Part shown: piece by piece, positions 42,238-52,500 of the stretch
Numbering within the stretch: position 1 is the stretch's first letter
How the letters are laid out: each line of letters opens with the position of its first letter
Notes under the pieces: generated by a model
What the model was told of the DNA's origin: nothing
Databases searched by the model: none
The model's input: only the letters and a program-made list of their open reading frames with translations
Source of the DNA: a plasmid
Sequence record: NZ_CP021276.1
Length of the DNA stretch: 64,000 nt
Direction: 5' to 3' (one strand)
Position numbers and translations under genes: made by a program

Positions 42238-42728
42238 TTGTTCGCATCATTTTTTTACTGCTTTTTTCTGTAATTAGTCCTTTGCACGCCAATGTGGCAG
42301 TTGAAGAACTCAATGCACTGTTATTGAAAAAGCAAGCCCCTAAAGCTTTTGCACAAAAGGAATCAGCTGAAGCTAAAGATTTATCCAAAAATTATTATTT
42401 TGCATTTATTTATCGAAGCACCTGCCCACATTGTAAAAAATTCTCCCCTGTATTAAAGGATTTTTCAGAAACATTCCATATTAAGGTTCGTGCTTTTAGC
42501 CTGGATGGAGAATCCCTGGATGGACTCGATACCACACCATTAACCCCTGAACTTTTTCAAACGTTCTATGTATCAGGAGGGTATAAGCCTACGGTTCCCG
42601 CCTTGTTTTTAGTCAATCGACATACCCTGGAAGCCTACGCTGTCTTGTTTGGAGAAGCAACTCCTTATCAGCTGGCACAAAGAGTTCATGAATTAAAGCA
42701 ACACATTGAGGAGAAATTTAATGATTAG
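42234..42728 (+). CDS. trbB: TrbB (periplasmic thiol-disulfide isomerase)
   Basis: Has the CPHC active site in a thioredoxin-like context and a signal peptide. Confidence 0.7.
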   Translation: MIVRIIFLLLFSVISPLHANVAVEELNALLLKKQAPKAFAQKESAEAKDLSKNYYFAFIYRSTCPHCKKFSPVLKDFSETFHIKVRAFSLDGESLDGLDTTPLTPELFQTFYVSGGYKPTVPALFLVNRHTLEAYAVLFGEATPYQLAQRVHELKQHIEEKFND

Positions 42729-44103
42729 AGCTCTTGTGCTAGCCGTTGTTGCGTCTTTTACTTGCGTGGCAGGAAATGGTATTCATGCATCAGCCAGTGC
42801 CGATTTAAATCATTTTTTTAATAATCTTGGTTATTCTGCGAATGTCACAGGTAGCCATTCCTATGAATCACAGGCAGCAGGATTTGCATCATTAGGCTCA
42901 GTCTATGCCAGAAATCAGGTGCGCTCCATTCAGATAGCTCACGTTGATGTACCTGGTTTTCGCTCAGGATGTGGCGGAATTGATATTTTTGCAGGTGGTT
43001 TTTCCTTTATTAAATCAGAGCAGATAGTTTCATTTATGCAGAACATTTTAAGTAACGGGGCAGGCTATGCAATGAACCTGGCACTCGAGACCGAGCTGCC
43101 TGAAATTGCTCATGCCATGCAGTACATGCAAAAGCTGGCAAATGACATTAATGGAACTAATTTTAATTCGTGTGAGATGGGAGAAAATCTGACTGCAGCG
43201 CTTTATCCCAAAAATAGAGCGGCACATCAGCGTTTGTGTGAGGACATCGGGCGTAACCGTAATGTATACACCGATTGGGCAGAAGCCCGACATAAATGTT
43301 CGACAGGAGGGGAGATTGAAAAGCGATTAGAACAGGCAAAAAACGATTCAGAATATAAAGACAGGGCTCTTTTGAATACCAACGTAGTTTGGGATGCATT
43401 ACAACTGAATGAATTCATCAAATCAGATACAGAAATTTCAGAAGTCTATATGTCAATTTCAGGAACGCTGGTATTTGATGCCAAAGGAGGGATGCAAACG
43501 TATCCCTCTTTAGCGACTAATCAGGATTTTGTAAAAGCCTTGCTTTATGGAGGCAAATTGCCCAGCTATAAATGTACTGATTCGAATAAGCCGATGAAAT
43601 GTGTTGCCATCAATGTGAAAGGAAGCCAGGAGATTAGCAGTAAAGACGCTCTGGTATCTCAAGTACAGGCCATCCTGCAGGGAGTTTATGAGAATATCAA
43701 ATCAGGGACAGCCTTAACGCCCCAACAAAAAGGGTTAATTGAACTCACCCAGCCGTCCGTATTTCAGCTTATTTCAGCCAGCGCACAGCAGAATATTGGC
43801 ATACAAAGCAGTTATGAGCTTGCCCAGAGTGTAGCAACGGATTTGCTTGCCCAATATCTTGCAAACTCACTTGAAGTGATTCGAGCATCCCTTGCAGGGC
43901 GTGATATAGGAAATGCCCATGAAGAAAAACTATTTAAAAATCTGCAGGTTGCACAACAATTTGTAGATAATTTTAATAGCGAATCAAGAGCACGTTTTAA
44001 TGCGGCACTGACCACCAATCAATTGGTTCAAAACAACGTGAAGCAGGCACTGAATGCCCTTAATCCCATCTTAAGACAATCCTATACCGGAGGCGCACAA
44101 TGA
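42721..44103 (+). CDS. traH: TraH
   Basis: ~460 aa with a signal peptide, in the F order. The ATG at 42721 is preceded by GAGGAG. The ORF-track start at 42706 is TTG. Confidence 0.75.
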   Translation: MIRALVLAVVASFTCVAGNGIHASASADLNHFFNNLGYSANVTGSHSYESQAAGFASLGSVYARNQVRSIQIAHVDVPGFRSGCGGIDIFAGGFSFIKSEQIVSFMQNILSNGAGYAMNLALETELPEIAHAMQYMQKLANDINGTNFNSCEMGENLTAALYPKNRAAHQRLCEDIGRNRNVYTDWAEARHKCSTGGEIEKRLEQAKNDSEYKDRALLNTNVVWDALQLNEFIKSDTEISEVYMSISGTLVFDAKGGMQTYPSLATNQDFVKALLYGGKLPSYKCTDSNKPMKCVAINVKGSQEISSKDALVSQVQAILQGVYENIKSGTALTPQQKGLIELTQPSVFQLISASAQQNIGIQSSYELAQSVATDLLAQYLANSLEVIRASLAGRDIGNAHEEKLFKNLQVAQQFVDNFNSESRARFNAALTTNQLVQNNVKQALNALNPILRQSYTGGAQ

Positions 44104-46985
44104 GCCCATTATTAATCTATACCCCACAAAATGGGATTTATTTAAAAGAGCTGCTTGATGGTATGGCCACTTTGCTTACTGAATCTACCTTTAGTACGGC
44201 GTGTGACATTATCATGATTCTATCCGTTAGTATGGTCGGTTATCAGTTCGTGATGGGGAAAAAGCTCGAATCATTAACTCGCTTTATGCTGACCACCTTT
44301 TTAGTCATGTATTGCGTGCTGGGCATTAAAGTGCCTGTGGCTATTATTGACATGCAGACAGCCGAAGGAGCAGGAGAAGCCTTAACGGTTGATCATGTAC
44401 CTCTAGGCGTTGCTTTACCTGCCTCATTGATTAGTGGCATGGGGTATGGAATTACGACTGCCTTTAGTGATGTATTTCGCATGCCAGATAGCCTTGAGTA
44501 CAACAAAACAGGAATGATTTTTGGTGCAAGGACTTGGCTTGCAGCAACTCAGACAAGGCTCTCCATGTCGCCTGATTTGGCACAAGACCTATCGTCCTAT
44601 ATCCGCCAATGCGTGTTTACGGCAAAACTTTTGGCAAGCCATCAATTAAGCCCTCAAGAGCTGACCCAAAGTGCTCATCTTTCTAAAACCTATTTTGAGG
44701 AGCCATCACCCATTTATCGGGTGATTCTGCACAATGGAGTCAATTTAAGTTGTGGTGATGCGGCAGCCAATTTGAAGACTCGACTGCCCATTGCAGCGAA
44801 ATTGGAGTTGGAGCGTCTTAATCATCTGGTAACCACAGGCGCTTTAACATCACGCAACACAGACAGCAGTTCGTTGCCTGGCGAAAAGACTTTTGGTGAC
44901 AGGTTGGAGGCCGCTCATAAATATTACATGAATATTACCGAAGATGCTGCCGAAACACTCACCCAAAATATCTTAATTAATGCGACCCGAGATGCCGCAG
45001 CCGATGCTTTTGCTTTTTCAGGAGCTGATGCTGCACTCATGAATTACACCAATACGGACAGCACCCAAAAAATGCACATCGCTGAAGCCAATAGCTTTTG
45101 GCTTGCAGGATTTCGCCTGCCTTACTATATGACCGTGATGTGGATGTTGACGCTGTGTATCTTTCCATTAGTCGTTTTGATTTCATTTTTTCCGACCCTG
45201 AGTAACGCTTATTTCCTGTGGGTGCAATCTCAAATCTACCTTTGGTCATGGCCGCCGATGTTTATTATTTTTCATTGGTTTGTTTCAATGGCCTCAAGTA
45301 CTACCATCACTTTGTTTGGTCAAAAAACAGGAGGAGTGACCTTCTCTAATATCGATTCATTAGCCAGCATGCACAGTAATTTTGCCTATACGGCAGGTGC
45401 ATTGGCTGCAAGTGTTCCAGTTATTGCCCTGTACATCACGAAAGGATTAGGACAGATTTTAAGTACATCCTCCCAGCATTTTGGTGGTATGGCACAATCT
45501 TTGTCAGTCAGTGAAGCGCAATCTGCAGCTGCAGGTAACATCTCAATGGCAAGTTACAGCGGTTGGAATATGAACTATGAAAATACCAGCGCCAATAACG
45601 TTTCGGCTAACAAGCACGATACCAATTGGACTAACATGCATGGGATGCACACGGAACAATTGGGAAGTGGTGTGCTTAAGACTACCACAAGCCATGGGGA
45701 TGCTGTTTTTGACGTAAATCCTGGGATGTCACGAGGACCCGTACACATTTCAGATACAAAGGCCTTAAGCGGCTCTTTAAATCAGGCTTTTGAAGAATCC
45801 AGACAGGCTGCAGCCAATGAAAGTCAGCATTATCAAACGTCCTTGTCCAGTTTTGCGCACAGTGCCGTGCAGTTATCTAAAATGCAGGGTCATGATATGC
45901 GTTTGGGCGATGGAGTGTCTGAAAGTGAATCCGGTCAATACAGCCAGGCATTATCGACCATGACGCATATTGCCTCGGATGTAGCTAAACGCGAAGGGAT
46001 AAGCCAAGAGGATGCGCTGGCTCATATGACCGCTGCTGGATTAAATGTCCACGCCGGAGTTGCAAGTGAAAAAAGCATACTGGGAAGCATTGGGCGGTTT
46101 GCTTTTGGAGCAACAGGAGGTGCTGATAGCCATGCTAAGTTCGATCGGTCATCAACAAGTAGTGATCGTTACCATGAAGGGACGGACAGCAGCATGTCAG
46201 CGAAGGAAGCAGAAGACTTTAATCAGGCGCTTAATTACGTGAGTCAGTTTGCACAAAACCATCATTTTGATAACAGCCATTCGGAAGGGGCAAGCCTTTC
46301 GAATCAAATGGGTACCGATTTAAGGGAGGCGCAAACGGCAAGCCAAAACTACGATGCCTCGATGTCTAAAGCCGCTCGCATTAGCACGGCCAAGAGTTAT
46401 GTGGAATCAAACTCCGATCAGATTACCACCGATCTTAATCAGGCATTTCCTGGTTTTGTGGCACACCGCATTGGAGAGAAGGCACGAGATGAATTGTATT
46501 CCAATCCTTCAGATCTGGCCTCATTAAAACAATTACAAACGCTAGCTAATGAGTTTATCAGTGAACAACGAGAAGGTTTAATCGCACAATACGGCAATGC
46601 TTCTAAAAATGCTCGGATTGACTCCTTTTATCAGGATGCAGCAAATCCATTAAGTTCAAAAGAATCACAAATGAGAGCTGACTACCACAAAAACAGTAAT
46701 GCATTGGAGGATTCTGGAAGGACTATGGGAGTTGGCATGGATGCATCAAGAGCCAAAAGTATGCAGCAAAAAATTAATAATCAGGTAGATGCGGCGGTAA
46801 ATAAAACAAGCAGTGGAGGAGGGCGTTTAAAGAGTCAATACCAGAAAGCGGTTGAAACAACAAACAACGATGTAGGCGAAGGTAAAAAACTGGGGCAAAC
46901 CAACGTGGCCATACCCGCCTATTTTACTAAATGGGTTGATCATCATGATAAATCAGCCCCAAAGAAGGAGCTTATCCATGAGTAA
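44100..46985 (+). CDS. traG: TraG (VirB6-like N-terminal membrane domain plus large periplasmic C-terminal domain)
   Basis: 961 aa with multi-TM N-terminal third, in the F order. Confidence 0.8.
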   Translation: MSPLLIYTPQNGIYLKELLDGMATLLTESTFSTACDIIMILSVSMVGYQFVMGKKLESLTRFMLTTFLVMYCVLGIKVPVAIIDMQTAEGAGEALTVDHVPLGVALPASLISGMGYGITTAFSDVFRMPDSLEYNKTGMIFGARTWLAATQTRLSMSPDLAQDLSSYIRQCVFTAKLLASHQLSPQELTQSAHLSKTYFEEPSPIYRVILHNGVNLSCGDAAANLKTRLPIAAKLELERLNHLVTTGALTSRNTDSSSLPGEKTFGDRLEAAHKYYMNITEDAAETLTQNILINATRDAAADAFAFSGADAALMNYTNTDSTQKMHIAEANSFWLAGFRLPYYMTVMWMLTLCIFPLVVLISFFPTLSNAYFLWVQSQIYLWSWPPMFIIFHWFVSMASSTTITLFGQKTGGVTFSNIDSLASMHSNFAYTAGALAASVPVIALYITKGLGQILSTSSQHFGGMAQSLSVSEAQSAAAGNISMASYSGWNMNYENTSANNVSANKHDTNWTNMHGMHTEQLGSGVLKTTTSHGDAVFDVNPGMSRGPVHISDTKALSGSLNQAFEESRQAAANESQHYQTSLSSFAHSAVQLSKMQGHDMRLGDGVSESESGQYSQALSTMTHIASDVAKREGISQEDALAHMTAAGLNVHAGVASEKSILGSIGRFAFGATGGADSHAKFDRSSTSSDRYHEGTDSSMSAKEAEDFNQALNYVSQFAQNHHFDNSHSEGASLSNQMGTDLREAQTASQNYDASMSKAARISTAKSYVESNSDQITTDLNQAFPGFVAHRIGEKARDELYSNPSDLASLKQLQTLANEFISEQREGLIAQYGNASKNARIDSFYQDAANPLSSKESQMRADYHKNSNALEDSGRTMGVGMDASRAKSMQQKINNQVDAAVNKTSSGGGRLKSQYQKAVETTNNDVGEGKKLGQTNVAIPAYFTKWVDHHDKSAPKKELIHE

Positions 46986-47601
46986 TGAAGAAATGAATTC
47001 ACAAGAATTAAAAGAGGCCATCGCCTTGGATATAGAAACATTAAAAACATTGGACGTGGATATTATGCCGGCCAAGGAGTATTACCAGGCGAACAGGCGT
47101 TTGTTTTTGCATGTTTTTTTTAAACTATATGGAACAATACTTCTAGGATTTTTACTTCCACTTCCTTTTTATTGGAAGGTGTTGATGGTGGAGACTTCAA
47201 CACACGAGCTCATCTACATTTTTTTCTGGCTGCCATTAATGGCTTTAGGACTATGCCTTTTTGTTTTTCTATTCATTTACAGCTCATTAAATCAATACAT
47301 TTTGATTGACTATCAATTGAAACACAAACTAAGAACAGGCTCATTGATTGTAAAACAAATAAGGCGGGCTGGAACTATAGCTTATCGAATATTTGCAGGG
47401 CTTGTTTTGATTCCTTCACTGTTCTTGTTTCCCAGTGCAGCCTTCTTCATATCCTTTGGCGCTTTTTTCATCAGCGGGATTTTATCGAGCATCCTTGTTG
47501 AAATGGAGCTCAACAGGATAGGAATCAGTGCTCTGTTTACTCTCATAAAGAATTATTTTGATAAGGACAAAAATACCAGTGCGGCAATACCCTTAAAATA
47601 A
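46978..47601 (+). CDS. Inner-membrane protein at the traS position (putative entry-exclusion determinant)
   Basis: ~207 aa with 4 TM segments. It is coupled to the traG stop. There is no sequence similarity to F TraS. The assignment is positional only. Confidence 0.3.
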   Translation: MSNEEMNSQELKEAIALDIETLKTLDVDIMPAKEYYQANRRLFLHVFFKLYGTILLGFLLPLPFYWKVLMVETSTHELIYIFFWLPLMALGLCLFVFLFIYSSLNQYILIDYQLKHKLRTGSLIVKQIRRAGTIAYRIFAGLVLIPSLFLFPSAAFFISFGAFFISGILSSILVEMELNRIGISALFTLIKNYFDKDKNTSAAIPLK

Positions 47602-47690
47602 ACAAAACACATCAAAAAGAATAATTTTTAACCACAAATACAAGCAGTGGAAGCCGCTGCTTTGCCCAAAATAAGCAGGAGGAAGATAAA

Positions 47691-49544
47691 ATGAGCAATG
47701 AATCCAATTACAAACATTATACCCGGGGAGGTCAGATCTCATTCCATAATCTGCGGATGTGGTTTCAGATTAACAAAGCACTCTTTCATGTTTACTTATT
47801 CATTTGGGCAGGGTTAAGCATTGTATTGACCTGTATCTTTGCGCCACATGGAATGATAAGACAGACGGTGTCCTATCATGCGGCTCATTTTTATCACCTG
47901 GCAGGGGTGCCACATGTATTTTCTATCCCTGTTAAAGGGGGGTATGCATCACAAACTGTCGAGCAGCTTCTCCACAATCACTATTTTTCTGCAACCTCAG
48001 ATCGTTTACTGACCCTGCTGTTACAGTCAACTCTATGGAGTTTTCCCTTATCGTTGATTGTGGCACTTTTGGTGAGCCGATATTTCATTTATCGAGGAAA
48101 GGTACAAACACAAAACCAATTTATACGAGGGGCGAGTTTAGTCCCATCAGAAACACTTAAAAAACAGATAATAAAGCAAAGAAAAGCATCTGATTTACAT
48201 CTTGATGGATTCCCTCTTTTGCAAGGCTCAGAGGTACAGCATTTATTAGTACATGGTACGGTCGGTATGGGAAAAAGTCAGTTCATCATGAAATTGATGG
48301 ATTGTTTACGTGCGCGTGGCGACCGAGTCATTGTTTATGATAAGGGGTGCACGTTTACTCAGGCGTATTTTCAGGAAGGTCATGATGTCTTACTCAATCC
48401 TTTTGATGCACGCTGCGCTAATTGGGATTTATGGCTGGAAGCCCCAAAAGATGAATTACTGGAAAATATGGCAGAAAGTCTTATCCCTATGCATGGAGAA
48501 AACGATCCGTTTTGGGTTAATGCAGCACGTACCGTGTTTGCCTGTCTTGCAAGTCAAATGCGTGAGGATAAAGAACGTTCCTTATCCAAGCTGTTAGGGT
48601 TACTTGTAACTGGCGAGTTTAGCGAGTTGGAACCTTATCTCAGCGGTACAGCCGCAGCGACTTTGGTCAGTAATAAAATAGAAAAAACAGCCATCTCCAT
48701 TCGCTCTGTCATTACAACCTACCTTAAATCAATGCAGTCGTTAAATGGGCTTGATGAGTCTGGGAAGCCTTCCTTTTCCATTCGTGATTATCTGTTAAAT
48801 AAAGATTTGGAGGGCTGGCTTTTTATATCAAGCAATGGGGAACAACATAAATCTTTAAAGCCGTTGATTTCGATGTGGATTGCCATGGCATCACTGACAC
48901 TCTTAAGTTTGCCAGAAGACGCGAACAGGCGAATTTGGTTTATTTGTGATGAATTACCAAGCCTGCACAAATTACCCTTATTGGGTGAAACCATTGCTGA
49001 AGTCAGGAAATTTGGCGGCTGTTTTCTTCTAGGAATGCAGAGCTTTAGTCAATTGGAGAAGGTATATGGGCGTAGTGGGGCAGCTGAAATTTTTGATTTG
49101 CTTAATACCCGAGCCTTTTTTGCAAGTCCAAGCCATGAAATGGCGCAACTTGTCAGTAAAGAGCTTGGGGATGAAGAAATTGATGACACCCGAGAAAATT
49201 ACTCTTATGGAGCCAACTCCATTCGTGACGGTATTTCATTAGGAAAAAACCGTATAACACGCCCCTTAGTAACCTATCCTGAAATTATGGGACTTGATCC
49301 GCTTACCTGTTATCTGCGATTGCCTGGTCAATACCCTATTACAAAGCTGGAACTTCATTATCAAAAAAGAAGTATAAAGGCCGCAGGTTTTTTACCTCGT
49401 GCCATACCGTCCCTTCCTCCGTGTGATGCAAATCTCAAAAAAGGTTCTGCTGTTAATGAGCCCACCAGCGGTCGTTTTGAGGTGCAAGCGCCAACCAACA
49501 TCAAACGTATCGAATGCGAGTCCGATAGGGAATTCATTTTTTGA
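47691..49544 (+). CDS. traD: TraD type IV coupling protein (VirD4 family)
   Basis: Has two N-terminal TM segments and Walker A GTVGMGKSQ. Confidence 0.85.
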   Translation: MSNESNYKHYTRGGQISFHNLRMWFQINKALFHVYLFIWAGLSIVLTCIFAPHGMIRQTVSYHAAHFYHLAGVPHVFSIPVKGGYASQTVEQLLHNHYFSATSDRLLTLLLQSTLWSFPLSLIVALLVSRYFIYRGKVQTQNQFIRGASLVPSETLKKQIIKQRKASDLHLDGFPLLQGSEVQHLLVHGTVGMGKSQFIMKLMDCLRARGDRVIVYDKGCTFTQAYFQEGHDVLLNPFDARCANWDLWLEAPKDELLENMAESLIPMHGENDPFWVNAARTVFACLASQMREDKERSLSKLLGLLVTGEFSELEPYLSGTAAATLVSNKIEKTAISIRSVITTYLKSMQSLNGLDESGKPSFSIRDYLLNKDLEGWLFISSNGEQHKSLKPLISMWIAMASLTLLSLPEDANRRIWFICDELPSLHKLPLLGETIAEVRKFGGCFLLGMQSFSQLEKVYGRSGAAEIFDLLNTRAFFASPSHEMAQLVSKELGDEEIDDTRENYSYGANSIRDGISLGKNRITRPLVTYPEIMGLDPLTCYLRLPGQYPITKLELHYQKRSIKAAGFLPRAIPSLPPCDANLKKGSAVNEPTSGRFEVQAPTNIKRIECESDREFIF

Positions 49545-49558
49545 TAGGGGAATAAATC

Positions 49559-52500
49559 ATGTTAAGTCTGCGAGTCAAACCAATTAAAAAGCCTGGTTAT
49601 TATTTTGATCAGGAAAATTATTATTTTACGAACCAATTGGTTACCCAATGGGTTGGATTAAGTGCTGCACGTCAAAATCTTTCTGGAGAAGTTAACGTAA
49701 AAACCCTTGAGTCTCTTGTCAGTGGCGAATTACCAAGCGGTGATGTGATTAAAGGCTTGAAATTAACTACTGGTGAAATAAGCAAGCGAGGCGGCTATGA
49801 TTTAACTTTTTCTGCCCCAAAATCCGTATCCTATCTTGGGCTGGTCTGTGAACATAAAGAATTTATTGATTTGCACCTCAATGCGGTAAAGACAGTCTTA
49901 AAACTGATTGAAAAAGAGGCGGCACAAGCGCGCAAATCAGGAAAAGAAGGCATGGAATATGAAAAAACGGGGAATCTTTGTTTTGCTGCCATTCTCCATG
50001 ATACCTCCAGAGAGCTTGATCCTCAGCTTCATGTGCATGCATTGTTGATGAATTTCACCGAGCGGCTGGATGGCAAATGGCGTGCTTTGGCTTCTGATAT
50101 CAGTCGCAATAATGGCACCATGGAGTGGATTATGGATAATCAAATCTTTTTGGGTCTTGTGTACCGCTCTGAAATGGCTCTCGGTTTAAAAGAAATGGGG
50201 CTCGAAATAGAGCATACGGGTGATGCTCATGGTCTATTTGAAATCAAGCATTTTGATAAGGCATTGTTGGAGCAAATCTCTAAGCGCCGTGCCCAGGTTG
50301 AAGAACATATTAAAGGGATGCACTCTAATTCATTAAAAGCGTATGACAGGGCGACTCTGGATTCAAGGAAATCAAAGGAAATGGTTTCTCCAGAGGAATT
50401 ACGCACACGATGGAGCGCTGAAAGTGAAGCGTTGGGCGTTAATCCAGCCACCTATCTTGCCACCTTAAAAGAAAAAACTAAAGAATCGCATACACCAAAA
50501 GAAACCATGTCCAATAATCAAGAACTCGATAGAAGTGTTCTTGACGCAATTGCGCATTTAGAAGAAAAAAAACTAACCTTTACCTATCAGGAAGTATTAC
50601 AGACGAGCCTTTATTTTTCCTTAGGTGAGCAGGGCTTTGAAGCACTGATGGCACGGATTGATAAAGAAATTGATGCACAAAATCTGATTGCTCTTAATAC
50701 AGAAAACTTCTCTTTTACAACGAGTACGCTCATTAACAAGGAACAAGAACTCATTAGAAAAATCGTGAACTTCACACCCCAAAAAAAAGGCATAGAACGC
50801 AATACGGATAAGGTTTGCAAACTCACTGATAATGAGTCCATTCAAAAAGCAGTAACTCAAGCCTTATTTTATAAAGAAGGGGTTGTGCGCATCAAACAGC
50901 AAAGTGCTACCTCGCGTGAGCTCTTAAGTACTTTAATTGATTATTCACAGGATTCAAAAAAAATTCGTATTCTTTGTCCTTCTGCTTATTCTGCGCGGAC
51001 GATGAATAAGGACATGACCCAATCAGCGCCTACCCTGTGGCAATGGATTTTATCTATTGGAAAACAGGATTTGTGTGAAACAGTTGCGGGCTTTAATTAT
51101 CGCCATCGTTCAGAGCATAAATTACCTTTTTTTAACAGTAAAAAGGAGCGCGAGGTGCTGATTGTGGATGAATCACAGCGTCTTACTCCTGACGAGATGA
51201 ATATTTTATTATCTATTGCCGATAAGCGTAGTGCCAAAGTCATTTTGCTGGAAAAATCACAATCCCTTTCTGGTTTTAAATCCGATATTCCCGACTTGCT
51301 GAATAAAGCCAGCATAAAAACATTTGAGGTTGATGACAGGAAAGCGCCTGCCACCAACATCAATCTCATAGAAGAAAAAACGATTGAAGGGCGTATTCTA
51401 AAAACAGCACAAATGTACAGTAACTTACCGTTGAACCAGAGGCAGAATACAAAAGTATTAACTGTCTCAAAGCTCGAAGCGAAAGAGGTCAATGAAGCAA
51501 TCCGTAAGCAGTTAAAAGAGCACGGGGAGATTTCAGTAGATGAAAAGAGCATCAATACGTTAACCCCTATGTCCTTGACCTTAAGTGAAAAAAAAATGGC
51601 CAAAAGTTATCAGCCCGATTGGGTATTAATCCAGAACACCCGTACAGAATCAAAAAAATTCACGGTAATCGGTGTCAATGAAAAAGACAATCAATTGATT
51701 GTTCGGAATCATAACGGGGTAAGATCACAACTTGCTGCTAAAAATATTACAGATTCCACGCAGGTTTATGAACAAACACCATTATCAGTAGGTATAGGAG
51801 ATCAATTAATTGCTACGGGCAGTTTATCCTTTGAAGGATTAAAAATCGGTAACCAATATGAGGTCACTGCATTTACCCGCCATGGAATAAAAATAAAAGA
51901 TGGAAAAAGAACTATTCATCTTATCACGAGTAACGAAAAGCATTTCCCATTGAGCCATGCCTATGCCAAAACCATTTATTCTGATGATTTTAAACCCGTG
52001 AAACAAACCATTATGACACTACCGGCCTATGCGCTCAAACAAAATACCATGTCGGTATTATGCGAATCGAGTAAAGAAGAATTAATGATTATTACGGATG
52101 ATGTGGACAAGGCTAATCGGTTTGCAATGAAGACTGCAGCAAAATCCTCGGCGATATCGCTGACTTTGAATGCTGCCAAAACCAATCATGGTGCACAAAT
52201 TATTGACCATAGAGCCACGACTGATCTGCTCACTTCACTGGAGCAGGCCTTAACTATTTTAACCTCGGAAAAACCTCAAAAAAGTGATGCAGAAAAAGCG
52301 CTGAACTTTGCAATAGCCCATCTTTCAGAACGAGAAGCAGCCTTTACTCGGTCAGATTTGCTTAAGGTTGCGCTCACTCAGGCTATAGGAAAAGCAGGAC
52401 TTAACGAATTAAATAACGTCCTGGATAAGGTCATGACTAATGGGGATTTAATATCAGGGGGGAACGAGATTTTGACCACCAAAGAAGCGGTGGCATTTGA